DNA of 18,074 nt from a virus (lineage: Duplodnaviria > Heunggongvirae > Uroviricota > Caudoviricetes), in the IMG/VR virus record IMGVR_UViG_2648501797_000004; one strand, 5' to 3'. Shown here one piece after another: positions 7,872-18,074 of the stretch. The translations under genes were made by a program, and so were the position numbers. A model generated the notes under the pieces. It saw nothing but the letters and a program-made list of their open reading frames with translations. It made no database searches and was not told the origin of the DNA. Numbering within the stretch: the first letter of the stretch is position 1; each line of letters starts with the position of its first letter.

Positions 7872-8087
7872 ATGAAATCAATGGATAAGTTAACAACAGG
7901 TGTTGCCTATGGCACATCGGCGGGTAATGCTGGTTTCTGGGCATTGCAGTTACTCGATAAAGTAACTCCGTCACAGTGGGCTGCAATCGGTGTGCTGGGT
8001 AGCCTGGTTTTTGGCCTGCTGACGTATCTGACAAATCTTTATTTCAAGATTAAAGAAGACAGGCGTAAGGCTGCGAGAGGAGAGTAA
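7872..8087 (+). CDS. essQ: Pinholin, phage 21 S-type with dual start (MKSMDK...)
   Basis: GAGGA SD; dual-start motif M-K-S-M; two TM segments; C-terminus [15 protein letters not shown] like S21. The ORF track begins earlier, at 7797. Confidence 0.85.
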   Translation: MKSMDKLTTGVAYGTSAGNAGFWALQLLDKVTPSQWAAIGVLGSLVFGLLTYLTNLYFKIKEDRRKAARGE

Positions 8088-8091
8088 TCCA

Positions 8092-8406
8092 ATGACTCAA
8101 GACTATGAACTGGTTGTGAAAGGAGTCCGTAATTTTGAGAATAAAGTTACGGTAACTGTAGCCTTACAGGACAAAGAACGCTTTGACGGTGAAATTTTTG
8201 ACCTGGACATCTCGCTGGACCATGTTGAAGGTGCCGCGCTGGAGTTTTATGAGGCAGCAGCCAGAAGGAGCATCAGACAGGTCTTCCTGGATGTTGCTGC
8301 CGGGTTATGTGAAGGGGACGAGCTGTTGCCAGAAACGCGACCCTGTTCAGAGGCTCGGTATACCATAAAAATTAACAGTTCAGATAACTCGATTACGGGT
8401 TGTTAG
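8092..8406 (+). CDS. ydfR: Prophage protein YdfR (unknown function) inserted between holin and endolysin
   Basis: 104-aa ORF starting 4 nt after the holin stop; identity recalled as Qin YdfR. Confidence 0.6.
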   Translation: MTQDYELVVKGVRNFENKVTVTVALQDKERFDGEIFDLDISLDHVEGAALEFYEAAARRSIRQVFLDVAAGLCEGDELLPETRPCSEARYTIKINSSDNSITGC

Positions 8407-8461
8407 CTTTTTGCAGTTGGCTTTCCAGTATCTTTCATTGGTAGCATCCTGATAAATATCC

Positions 8462-9489
<1,028 letters not shown>

Positions 9490-9852
9490 ATTAATATTAA
9501 ATCGGATTATTTTTAGCGCTGAATGTGAAATTTAAATAAAAAGGACTCTTCCATGAGTCAAAATCCTTGAAATCTTAAGGGTAAGATAAAAGGTCATTAG
9601 ACAGAATGACACGTTTTATTAATAAATAAAGCTATTGTTTCATTCGTGTGTTTTTCTTTACAAAAGTAATCCTTGCTATGGTTGGTTAATCATGCGTTAA
9701 TGGTGTTCTGGTTTGTTACAAAATTATCTGAAGCAGTCATTGTTATAATTTTATTATTTGTACCTCTTGAGATTTCCTTGTTGGTTTTTCTCTCTGATAT
9801 TTTTTTTCGGACCATTCTGCCCAAGGGCTAACTTCTTCAAAAGGTAATAATA

Positions 9853-10065
9853 ATGTCTAACAAAATGACTGGTTTAGTGAAATGGTTTAACCCTGAAAAA
9901 GGTTTTGGTTTCATCACGCCGAAAGATGGTAGCAAAGATGTGTTTGTGCATTTCTCAGCTATTCAGAGCAACGATTTCAAAACGTTAACTGAGAATCAGG
10001 AAGTCGAATTTGGTATTGAGAACGGACCTAAAGGCCCTGCAGCTGTTCATGTAGTGGCACTTTGA
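9853..10065 (+). CDS. cspI: Cold-shock protein CspI
   Basis: 70-aa CspA-family ORF ([34 protein letters not shown]...); long AT-rich leader of about 360 bp upstream. Confidence 0.85.
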   Translation: MSNKMTGLVKWFNPEKGFGFITPKDGSKDVFVHFSAIQSNDFKTLTENQEVEFGIENGPKGPAAVHVVAL

Positions 10066-10267
10066 GGTAGAAAATATTACAAACCATATTCACTTTAGAT
10101 GCCCGTGTTGCCATGGTTCTCAGTATAGAACATCATCTTTTGATGTTTCTGACAGAAATCCTTTCGGGGCAAAATGTATCTTTTGTAAATCAATGATGAT
10201 TACATTTGATAATATTTCACAATACTTAAATGTTAGCCATCTGTCGTTAGATTTAAGAAAGTGAAAA

Positions 10268-10293
10268 TGAAGGCTCCTTCGGGAGCTTTTTTG
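10268..10293 (+). terminator. Intrinsic terminator (GGCTCC-TTCG-GGAGC followed by TTTTTT) about 205 nt downstream of cspI
   Basis: Hairpin with a UUCG tetraloop and a 6-T tract read directly from the sequence. Confidence 0.5.
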
Positions 10294-10335
10294 CTTAGTG
10301 TCTAGTCGATGGATACTCACATATTACGGTAACAT

Positions 10336-10566
10336 ATGAAAAAAATAATAGTTTTTTTTAACTCTGAACCAGCAATGGTAGTGCCAGTGATGACCGGAGT
10401 TAACACCATCATGCGTGAATACCCAAATGGCGAAACAACACACCTCACTGTAATGGCTGCAGGGTTTCCATCTCTGACCGGAGATCATAAAGTCATTTAT
10501 GTAGCAGCGGATCGACATGTAACTTCAGAAGAAATTCTGGAAGCAGCAATGAGACTCTTGAATTGA
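10336..10566 (+). CDS. ynfN: Small hypothetical protein, possibly YnfN-like; an internal ATG at 10411 would give a 51-aa product
   Basis: ORF between cspI and gnsB; weak SD at both candidate starts; the assignment is by position and recalled length only. Confidence 0.4.
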   Translation: MKKIIVFFNSEPAMVVPVMTGVNTIMREYPNGETTHLTVMAAGFPSLTGDHKVIYVAADRHVTSEEILEAAMRLLN

Positions 10567-10735
10567 TTTGATTCTAATGCATTGATAATAAATGATAATC
10601 ATCTTTATCTGTTTGTGTGAAATTTAGACCGTCGTATGTTGATTATTGCGATGTTTCATCTTATCTTTTATACGTTTGCTCCATATAATTGACACTACTG
10701 TGTACCAAGAAAGTCATAACAGACTAAAAGAGGAA

Positions 10736-10912
10736 ATGATGAACATTGAAGAGTTAAAAACAAAAACAGAAGCAGATATTTCTGAATATATAACAAAAAA
10801 AATCATTGAGCTTAAGAAAAAGACCGGGAAAGAAGTTACCAGTATCCAGTTTACTGCACGGGAAAAAATGACTGGTCTTGAAAGCTATGATATCAAGATT
10901 GATTTAATCTAG
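10736..10912 (+). CDS. gnsB: GnsA/GnsB-family small protein
   Basis: 58-aa product MMNIEELKTKTEADISEYITKK... after an AAAAGAGGAAA SD; TATAAT and TTGACA hexamers lie upstream at 10684..10695. Confidence 0.7.
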   Translation: MMNIEELKTKTEADISEYITKKIIELKKKTGKEVTSIQFTAREKMTGLESYDIKIDLI

Positions 10913-11207
10913 TATGTTTATAGTATTAGCATCAATTTCTCATCAGATGCTATTCAACAATACAAATTACCCATAAACCTCGTTTTTACGGGGTTTTGTT
11001 ATATTTAAACATTACCGAATAGATATAAATCTCGATTGTCGATGGTATTGGTTGTGTGACAATACCTAGTCTTTCCGGTATGCCTGAAGAGAATACAAAC
11101 GACAGATTATGTAAGGGAAACGCGCTGAAACTTTCACTCTTTCATGCTGAGTGATTTGACGTTATATTTTTAGCCGCAAGTGAAGAGCAAACGAATGGAG
11201 CGACAAA

Positions 11208-11414
11208 ATGCATAAAGATCAATACATTGATGCCCCCTCCCAGGAGCAGGTTCGTGTAAAAACTATGCTTAATAGCACCATTTCGATGGGTTACCCGGAT
11301 GTTGTAATTGCATGTATAGAACATCAAGTATCTCTGGAAGCATTCAGGGCAATTGAGGCCGCGTTAGTAAAGCACGATAAGAATACGAAGGATTATTCCC
11401 TGGTGGTTGACTGA
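11208..11414 (+). CDS. Hypothetical small prophage protein (68 aa)
   Basis: ATG with GGAG SD 8 nt upstream; no recognisable motif. By position it could correspond to the small genes found between lysis genes and cos in lambdoid prophages. Confidence 0.4.
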   Translation: MHKDQYIDAPSQEQVRVKTMLNSTISMGYPDVVIACIEHQVSLEAFRAIEAALVKHDKNTKDYSLVVD

Positions 11415-11664
11415 TCACCATAACTGCTAACCATTCTGACCATTTCACAAGTGACAGAGTCAATATCGTATTCTGTCACTGTCAGGCTAATACAGTACTG
11501 CAATTCAACTACAGCAATGCCTCGTATTTAGGTGAATTTACAATATCGTTCTATTCGGATACCAACTACATTTCTGAAGATAAGGCATTTATGGCTCACA
11601 TATTGGTCCCTCACGCTCGCCAGTTCTGTGCGGGGAGGGAGGGAAGGTCAAGAAACCGGGATGT

Positions 11665-11859
11665 TCATCCATCATCACTCTGGATTGATGTATATGCTCT
11701 CTTTTCTGACGTTAGTCTCCGGCGGCAGGCTTCAATGACCCAGGCTGAGAAATTCCCGGACCCTTTTTGATCAAGAGCGATGTTAATTTGTTCAATCATT
11801 TGGTTAGGAAAGCGGATGTTGCGGGTTGTTGTTCTGCGGGTTCTGTTCTTCGTTGACAT
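11665..11859 (-). CDS. Small basic DNA-binding protein, YlcI/YnfO-like (DUF3950-type, possible ribbon-helix-helix)
   Basis: 64-aa ORF with an Arg/Thr-rich N-terminus followed by IRFPNQMIEQINIALDQKGSGNFSAWVIEACRRRL; AGGG SD; located just upstream of cos, as ylcI is in DLP12. Confidence 0.55.
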   Translation of the reverse strand: MSTKNRTRRTTTRNIRFPNQMIEQINIALDQKGSGNFSAWVIEACRRRLTSEKRAYTSIQSDDG

Positions 11860-12029
11860 GAGGTTGCCCTGTATTCAGTGTCGCTGATTTGTATTGTCTG
11901 AAGTTGTTTTTACGTTAAGTTGATGCAGATCAATTAATACGATACCTGCGTCATAATTGATTATTTGACGTGGTTTGATGGCGTAGATGCACGTTGTGAC
12001 ATGTAGATGATAATTATTATCATTTTGCG

Positions 12030-12240
12030 GGTCCTTTCCGGCGATCCGACAGGTTACGGGGCGGCGACCTCGCGGGTTTTCGCTATTTATGAAAATTTTC
12101 CGGTTTAAGGCATTTCCGTTCTTCTTCGTCGTAACTTAATGTTTTTATTTAAAATACCCCCTGAAAAGAAAGGAAACGACAGGTGCTGAAAACGAGCTTT
12201 TGGGCCTCTGTCGTTTCCTTTCTCTGTTTTTGGCCGTGGA
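12030..12240 (+). other. Lambda-type cohesive end site cos (cosQ-cosN-cosB); cosN 12-nt overhang GGGCGGCGACCT at 12058..12069
   Basis: Recognised by near-identity to the lambda genome ends (...GATCCGACAGGTTACG / GGGCGGCGACCTCGCGGGTTTTCGCTATTTATGAAAATTTTCCGGTTTAAGG...), followed by the Nu1 leader. Confidence 0.8.
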
Positions 12241-12247
12241 ATGAACA

Positions 12248-12793
12248 ATGGAAGTCAACAAAAAGCAGCTGGCTGACATTTTCGGTGCGAGTATCCGTAC
12301 CATTCAGAACTGGCAGGAACAGGGAATGCCCGTTCTGCGAGGCGGTGGCAAGGGTAATGAGGTGCTTTATGACTCTGCCGCCGTTATAAGATGGTATGCC
12401 GAAAGGGATGCTGAAATTGAGAACGAAAAGCTGCGCCGGGAAGTTGAAGAACTGCGGCAGGCCAGCGAGACAGATCTCCAGCCAGGGACTATTGAGTACG
12501 AACGCCATCGACTTACGCGTGCGCAGGCCGACGCACAGGAGCTGAAAAATGCCAGAGACTCCACTGAAGTGGTGGAAACCGCATTCTGTACTTTCGTGCT
12601 GTCGCGGATCGCAGGTGAAATTGCCAGTATTCTCGACGGGATCCCCCTGTCGGTGCAGCGGCGTTTTCCGGAACTGGAAAACCGACATGTTGATTTCCTG
12701 AAACGGGATATCATCAAAGCCATGAACAAAGCAGCCGCGCTGGATGAACTGATACCGGGGTTGCTGAGTGAATATATCGAACAGTCAGGTTAA
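12248..12793 (+). CDS. nohA: Terminase small subunit Nu1
   Basis: 181-aa product near-identical (from recall) to lambda gpNu1 (MEVNKKQLADIFGASIRTIQNWQEQGMPVLRGGGKGNEVLYDSAAV...); overlaps the downstream A ORF by 26 nt as in lambda. Confidence 0.9.
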   Translation: MEVNKKQLADIFGASIRTIQNWQEQGMPVLRGGGKGNEVLYDSAAVIRWYAERDAEIENEKLRREVEELRQASETDLQPGTIEYERHRLTRAQADAQELKNARDSTEVVETAFCTFVLSRIAGEIASILDGIPLSVQRRFPELENRHVDFLKRDIIKAMNKAAALDELIPGLLSEYIEQSG

Positions 12794-14192
12794 CAGGCTG
12801 CGGCATTTTGTCCGCGCCGGGCTTCGCTCACTGTTCAGGCCGGAGCCACAGACCGCCGTTGAATGGGCGGATGCTAATTACTATCTCCCGAAAGAATCCG
12901 CATACCAGGAAGGGCGCTGGGAAACACTGCCCTTTCAGCGGGCCATCATGAATGCGATGGGCAGCGACTACATCCGTGAGGTGAATGTGGTGAAGTCTGC
13001 CCGTGTCGGTTATTCCAAAATGCTGCTGGGTGTTTATGCCTACTTCATAGAGCATAAGCAGCGCAACACCCTTATCTGGTTGCCGACGGATGGTGATGCC
13101 GAGAACTTTATGAAAACCCACGTTGAGCCGACTATTCGTGATATTCCGTCGCTGCTGGCGCTGGCCCCGTGGTATGGCAAAAAGCACCGGGATAACACGC
13201 TCACCATGAAGCGTTTCACTAATGGGCGTGGCTTCTGGTGCCTGGGCGGTAAAGCGGCAAAAAACTACCGTGAAAAGTCGGTGGATGTGGCGGGTTATGA
13301 TGAACTTGCTGCTTTTGATGATGATATTGAACAGGAAGGCTCTCCGACGTTCCTGGGTGACAAGCGTATTGAAGGCTCGGTCTGGCCAAAGTCCATCCGT
13401 GGCTCCACGCCCAAAGTGAGAGGCACCTGTCAGATTGAGCGTGCAGCCAGTGAATCCCCGCATTTTATGCGTTTTCATGTTGCCTGCCCGCACTGCGGGG
13501 AGGAGCAGTACCTTAAATTTGGCGATAAAGAGACGCCGTTTGGCCTCAAATGGACGCCGGATGATCCCTCCAGCGTGTTTTATCTCTGCGAACATAATGC
13601 CTGCGTCATCCGCCAGCAGGAGCTGGACTTCACTGATGCCCGTTATATCTGCGAAAAGACCGGGATCTGGACCCGTGATGGCATTCTCTGGTTTTCGTCA
13701 TCCGGTGAAGAGATTGAACCGCCTGACAGCGTGACCTTTCACATCTGGACGGCGTACAGCCCGTTCACCACCTGGGTGCAGATTGTCAAAGACTGGATGA
13801 AAACGAAAGGGGATACCCATAGTTTAAGTGGCAGCACGAATGCAGCTGGTAATCACAGCCATAGAGATGGCCGTCGATTTAACCCCAGTGTTTTTAAAGA
13901 TACTTATCAATATGGTTATACAAGCTCAGGTCAAAATACCTGGGGTGTACAAGGCTCAGTAGGTATGTCTACGGGGTGGTTAGCTAATACCAGTACAGAT
14001 GGTAATCATAGCCACTCACTGTCCGGCACAGCAGCATCTGCAGGTGCACACGCGCATACTGTCGGTATTGGTGCTCATACGCACTCCGTTGCGATTGGTT
14101 CACATGGACACACCATCACCGTTAACGCTGCTGGTAACGCGGAAAACACCGTCAAAAACATCGCATTTAACTATATTGTGAGGCTTGCATAA
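12768..14192 (+). pseudogene. stfQ: In-frame deletion fusion: terminase large subunit gpA N-terminal ~350 aa (12768..13817) joined to the C-terminal ~124 aa of a side tail fibre protein (13818..14192)
   Basis: Lambda gpA-like sequence runs through ...WVQIVKDWMKTKGDT, then switches abruptly to a His-rich tail-fibre C-terminus (GNHSH, HSHSLSG, HAHTVGIGAHTHSVAIGSHGHTITV ... [11 protein letters not shown]); all head and tail genes are absent. Confidence 0.8.
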
Positions 14193-14767
14193 TGGCATTC
14201 AGAATGAGTGAACAACCACGGACCATAAAAATTTATAATCTGCTGGCCGGAACTAATGAATTTATTGGTGAAGGTGATGCATATATTCCGCCTCATACAG
14301 GTCTGCCAGCAAACAGTACCGATATTGCACCGCCAGATATTCCGGCAGGCTTCGTGGCTGTTTTCAACAGTGATGAGTCATCGTGGCATCTCGTTGAAGA
14401 TCATCGGGGTAAAACGGTTTATGACGTGGCTTCCGGCGACGCGTTATTTATTTCTGAACTCGGTCCGTTACCGGAAAATGTTACCTGGTTATCGCCGGAA
14501 GGAGAGTTTCAGAAGTGGAACGGCACAGCCTGGGTGAAGGATACGGAAGCAGAAAAACTGTTCCGGATCCGGGAGGCGGAAGAAATAAAAAACAACCTGA
14601 TGCAGGTAGCCAGTGAGCATATTGCGCCGCTTCAGGATGCTGCAGATCTGGAAATTGCAACGGAGGAAGAAATCTCGTTGCTGGAAGCATGGAAAAAGTA
14701 TCGGGTATTGCTGAACCGTGTTGATACGTCAACTTCACAGGATATTGAATGGCCAGCACTGCCGTAG
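14192..14767 (+). CDS. tfaQ: Tail fibre assembly protein (Tfa)
   Basis: 191-aa ORF whose start overlaps the stop of the fibre fragment (TAATG); Tfa-like sequence and position after stf. Confidence 0.8.
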   Translation: MAFRMSEQPRTIKIYNLLAGTNEFIGEGDAYIPPHTGLPANSTDIAPPDIPAGFVAVFNSDESSWHLVEDHRGKTVYDVASGDALFISELGPLPENVTWLSPEGEFQKWNGTAWVKDTEAEKLFRIREAEEIKNNLMQVASEHIAPLQDAADLEIATEEEISLLEAWKKYRVLLNRVDTSTSQDIEWPALP

Positions 14768-14864
14768 GGTAAAACATATAAATTCTATAATTAGATGTAT
14801 CTTTCCATTTACGGCAAGGAAGGGGGCTTGGAAGACGTAAAGCATCTCACACCGAGATTATTTT

Positions 14865-15455
14865 TTATATGTCAGGTGTCTGAAGTTTTGCTTTGGCTCT
14901 TAAAATGGTTTGCCGCGAGGTTTTGAATTCCCGGGCAATGGCACTTATACTTACACCTGACTTAATTCGTTCGAATACCACCTGTTTCTGTTCTTCATTT
15001 AACACAGGTGGTCGACCAAAACGTTTCCCTGCGCCGCGGGCTCTTACTATCCCGGAATGAGTGCGTTCAAGTAAAAGGTCTCGTTCAAATTCAGCGACTG
15101 CTGAAATTACTTGCATCATCATTTTTCCTGTTGGACTGGTCAGGTCAATGCCCCCCAATGCTAAGCAATGCACTCTGATACCTGTTTCGGTCAGTTGTTC
15201 CACTGTTTTCCTGATATCCATTGCATTACAACCAAGGCGATCCAGTTTTGTCACAATCAATTGATCACCACATTTCAGGCGAGCAAGCAACCGGTTAAAA
15301 CCAGGACGCTCACTGGTTGCTGCTGAGCCGCTAATGTGTTCTTCGATTATTTGCTGAGGTTTGATTTTAAAACCTGCACTTTCGATTTCCCGGCGTTGAT
15401 TTTCGGTGGTCTGATCCAGCGTTGATATCCGACAGTAAGCAAAAATTTGAGACAT
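14865..15455 (-). CDS. pinQ: Serine recombinase / DNA invertase of the Pin/Gin/Hin family
   Basis: 196-aa product with the N-terminal resolvase catalytic motif ([10 protein letters not shown]) and a C-terminal HTH ([17 protein letters not shown]). Confidence 0.9.
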   Translation of the reverse strand: MSQIFAYCRISTLDQTTENQRREIESAGFKIKPQQIIEEHISGSAATSERPGFNRLLARLKCGDQLIVTKLDRLGCNAMDIRKTVEQLTETGIRVHCLALGGIDLTSPTGKMMMQVISAVAEFERDLLLERTHSGIVRARGAGKRFGRPPVLNEEQKQVVFERIKSGVSISAIAREFKTSRQTILRAKAKLQTPDI

Positions 15456-15771
15456 AGTGAGACTCTATACGAAATTGGTGTTCATATCATAATGCATCTC
15501 AGAAAATAATTATGATTATTTTTGTGCATATTTGTATGTACACGTTCGAAAATAAACGAATGCGTATGCAACCCCGTAATTTTGGTGAGACCCAAAATCG
15601 ATTTTGTGAAAAATGGCTTTAACTCGGTTTGTTTTTCGAGTTCCGGGCGGACTCAAGGAAGAAGAATAGTGTTGCGTGTTATTTTAACCAGATTTCAAGT
15701 TGTTTGGTCGTGGAAAAGAGGAGCAAAATGTTGTTAAAGTGGAAAAATGATAAAAAAGTAAGTTTATTATA

Positions 15772-16005
15772 TTACATTTTACCATTTAAATTTTGGTTGT
15801 CTTTAAGAACTGATATCGCTGTTTGTAATAATTCTTTGTTATCCAGCCATGATTTTTTCTTTATGTTTCCTTCAATGTAATCAAGCAATGTTCTGGTATT
15901 GATAGGTCTTCCCTGTTTTGCTACTTCCACTACAGCATCCCCTAGGATAATTCTTACTTCAGGAAGCTGCGCAGGGAACCACTTTAGGGTGTCTTTTGAT
16001 TTCAT
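15772..16005 (-). CDS. ydfK: Small prophage protein YdfK (YnaE paralogue, described as cold-shock inducible)
   Basis: 77-aa product MKSKDTLKWFPAQLPEVRIILGDAVVEVAKQG... from an ATG with an AAGGAA SD; the ORF track extends 11 codons further upstream. Confidence 0.75.
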   Translation of the reverse strand: MKSKDTLKWFPAQLPEVRIILGDAVVEVAKQGRPINTRTLLDYIEGNIKKKSWLDNKELLQTAISVLKDNQNLNGKM

Positions 16006-16790
16006 GAAGATATTCCTTAAAATATTATTGATTTTCATTGCGATATTGTATGTCTGATTCAGGATATGTTGACTTATACATCGGTTTTGTCTGGGTTATT
16101 GGATATGCCAATCCCTAATTTTATTAGGGCATGACTAAAAATGCTGAATATGATAAGGAGAGATGTGATTATCAGTATGCTGTTCATATAGCCTCGAATT
16201 AGTAATGTGTTATATATGATATAGTTGACAATTTTTATCTTGGGTGTTCTTAAAGTTCGTAGATAAACATTGTCGTTTCAGGTATACAGGAATGCTAACA
16301 GGTGGCAGCAAAAATCAGGCGGTTTATGGCGCAAGCTGAAGCGGCAACTGCAAACTATCTTATGCAGAGACTCTACACGGATTGGGTTTAAAAGTATACA
16401 TAGATAACAGTTTTTATCTGAAAAAGAAAAATATCAAGGTGATATAGCCTATATGCCTTTGATGCGGAGGAATGAATGTGATGGGAGTGATGTATCTGAA
16501 TAGTTGAAAAACCGCAGACACGCCTTATGCAAGAAGGTGCTGCGGTTGGCTGGTAAATTTTTCGATAGTGTGAGTATTGAATGATTTCCAGCCGTTCTTG
16601 ATTTTACGCATAAATCCATGAAAAAACTACTTATCTGTTGGGGAGTTTTTTTGGGGCATATATGGGACAGAAATAGGCCCCAGATAGACACAGAGATCGA
16701 ACTTAGGATGCTTTTTAAAAAATGCAACTATCTGAAAAAACCTAGAAAACGCCAAGGAAACCACAGGATGGGAAAAAACACCTGTGAATT

Positions 16791-18074
16791 ATGGATTTCC
16801 AGTTATATTCGCTCGGCGCAGCGTTAGTGTTTCATGAAATATTTTTTCCTGAATCATCAACGGCAATGGCGTTAATTCTGGCAATGGGAACCTACGGTGC
16901 AGGTTATGTGGCGCGTATTGTCGGAGCATTTATTTTCGGCAAAATGGGCGACAGAATAGGGCGTAAAAAAGTGCTCTTTATTACCATCACCATGATGGGG
17001 ATCTGTACCACCTTAATTGGTGTGTTACCGACCTATGCACAGATTGGTGTTTTTGCCCCCATCTTGCTGGTGACGCTGCGTATTATTCAGGGATTGGGTG
17101 CAGGTGCGGAAATTTCCGGTGCCGGTACGATGCTGGCGGAATATGCGCCAAAAGGTAAGCGCGGAATTATCTCCTCATTTGTGGCTATGGGAACTAACTG
17201 CGGAACTTTAAGCGCAACGGCAATCTGGGCCTTTATGTTCTTCATTCTCAGTAAAGAGGAACTGCTGGCGTGGGGATGGCGTATACCGTTCCTGGCGAGC
17301 GTTGTCGTGATGGTCTTTGCTATCTGGTTGCGTATGAATCTGAAAGAAAGCCCGGTTTTTGAGAAGGTTAACGACAGCAACCAACCGACAGCAAAACCTG
17401 CACCTGCTGGTAGCATGTTCCAGAGCAAATCCTTCTGGCTGGCAACAGGGCTGCGTTTTGGTCAGGCGGGTAACTCAGGTTTAATTCAGACTTTCCTTGC
17501 GGGCTATTTAGTGCAGACGTTATTGTTTAACAAAGCAATTCCAACAGATGCATTGATGATCAGTTCGATTCTCGGCTTTATGACCATTCCGTTCCTTGGT
17601 TGGTTATCCGATAAAATTGGTCGCCGGATCCCGTATATTATTATGAATACCTCCGCGATTGTGCTGGCATGGCCAATGCTTTCTATCATCGTAGATAAAA
17701 GCTATGCCCCGAGCACCATTATGGTTGCACTGATTGTGATTCATAACTGTGCGGTGCTGGGATTATTTGCTCTGGAAAATATTACCATGGCAGAAATGTT
17801 CGGCTGTAAAAACCGCTTTACCCGGATGGCTATTTCTAAAGAAATTGGTGGTCTTATCGCTTCCGGTTTTGGTCCTATCCTGGCGGGTATTTTCTGCACC
17901 ATGACGGAATCCTGGTATCCGATCGCCATTATGATCATGGCATATTCAGTGATTGGTTTAATCTCTGCGCTGAAAATGCCAGAAGTGAAAGACCGTGATT
18001 TAAGTGCGCTGGAAGACGCCGCGGAAGATCAACCGCGTGTTGTAAGAGCTGCGCAACCTTCCAGAAGTCTGTAA
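16791..18074 (+). CDS. ydfJ: MFS metabolite:H+ symporter-family transporter (ProP/ShiA-like), 5'-truncated by the prophage insertion
   Basis: 12-TM-type hydrophobic ORF with MFS motif A (GKMGDRIGRKKVL). The ORF begins inside the conserved EWFDF-type motif of TM1 (MDFQLYSLG...), with a stop codon 2 codons upstream, so the N-terminus is missing. Confidence 0.8.
   Translation: MDFQLYSLGAALVFHEIFFPESSTAMALILAMGTYGAGYVARIVGAFIFGKMGDRIGRKKVLFITITMMGICTTLIGVLPTYAQIGVFAPILLVTLRIIQGLGAGAEISGAGTMLAEYAPKGKRGIISSFVAMGTNCGTLSATAIWAFMFFILSKEELLAWGWRIPFLASVVVMVFAIWLRMNLKESPVFEKVNDSNQPTAKPAPAGSMFQSKSFWLATGLRFGQAGNSGLIQTFLAGYLVQTLLFNKAIPTDALMISSILGFMTIPFLGWLSDKIGRRIPYIIMNTSAIVLAWPMLSIIVDKSYAPSTIMVALIVIHNCAVLGLFALENITMAEMFGCKNRFTRMAISKEIGGLIASGFGPILAGIFCTMTESWYPIAIMIMAYSVIGLISALKMPEVKDRDLSALEDAAEDQPRVVRAAQPSRSL

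Noticed and set aside
7720-8034. 104-aa minus-strand ORF
   Set aside because: Antisense to the holin gene, whose identity is strongly supported.
10120-10320. 66-aa minus-strand ORF
   Set aside because: Passes through the predicted terminator hairpin and has no ribosome-binding site.
12828-13595. 255-aa minus-strand ORF
   Set aside because: Lies entirely antisense within the well-supported terminase large-subunit coding sequence; a shadow ORF with no SD or family signal.
14400-14425. AAAAC-GGTTT motif resembling half of a hix/gix crossover site
   Set aside because: Lies inside the tfa coding sequence, lacks the full 26-bp dyad and has no partner site; judged coincidental.
15560-15620. Imperfect palindrome TTTTGGTGAGACCCAAAA near the pin promoter region
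   Set aside because: Does not match the AAACC-NN-GGTTT core of Hin/Gin/Pin sites; possibly a regulatory site but too weak to call.
16449-16827. ORFs of 92 aa (minus) and 69 aa (plus) near the prophage-host junction
   Set aside because: No SD, no recognisable motifs, and they overlap one another in an AT-rich junction region.

Overview
Read from sequence alone, this window is almost entirely a defective (cryptic) lambdoid prophage of the E. coli Qin type, inserted into an MFS transporter gene (ydfJ-like) whose 5'-truncated remnant fills the right end (16791..18074). All product calls rest on recalled protein-family motifs and recalled similarity to lambda and K-12 Qin sequences; no database search was run. 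Gene order follows the lambda prophage map: integrase and excisionase (minus strand), a large 823-aa accessory protein with a C-terminal DnaQ-like DEDDh exonuclease domain, two translationally coupled small ORFs, then on the plus strand a Cys/His-rich nuclease-like ORF, antiterminator Q with a near-consensus late promoter and terminator, a lysis cassette (dual-start pinholin, SAR endolysin, Rz with embedded Rz1 lipoprotein), a lambda-type cos site, terminase small subunit Nu1, a terminase-large-subunit N-terminus fused in frame to a side-tail-fibre C-terminus, tail-fibre assembly protein, Pin-type invertase and ydfK. The repressor/replication module and all head and tail genes are missing. Three cold-shock protein genes (cspF, cspB, cspI), gnsB and several small proteins are embedded as moron-like cargo. 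The most interesting candidates for undescribed biology are the 823-aa modular exonuclease-domain protein next to xis/int and the adjacent coupled pair of small proteins; other points are a duplicated terminator bracketing the cspF-cspB insertion, consensus-SD micro-ORFs in the cspB 3' region, and the terminase-tail fibre deletion fusion.
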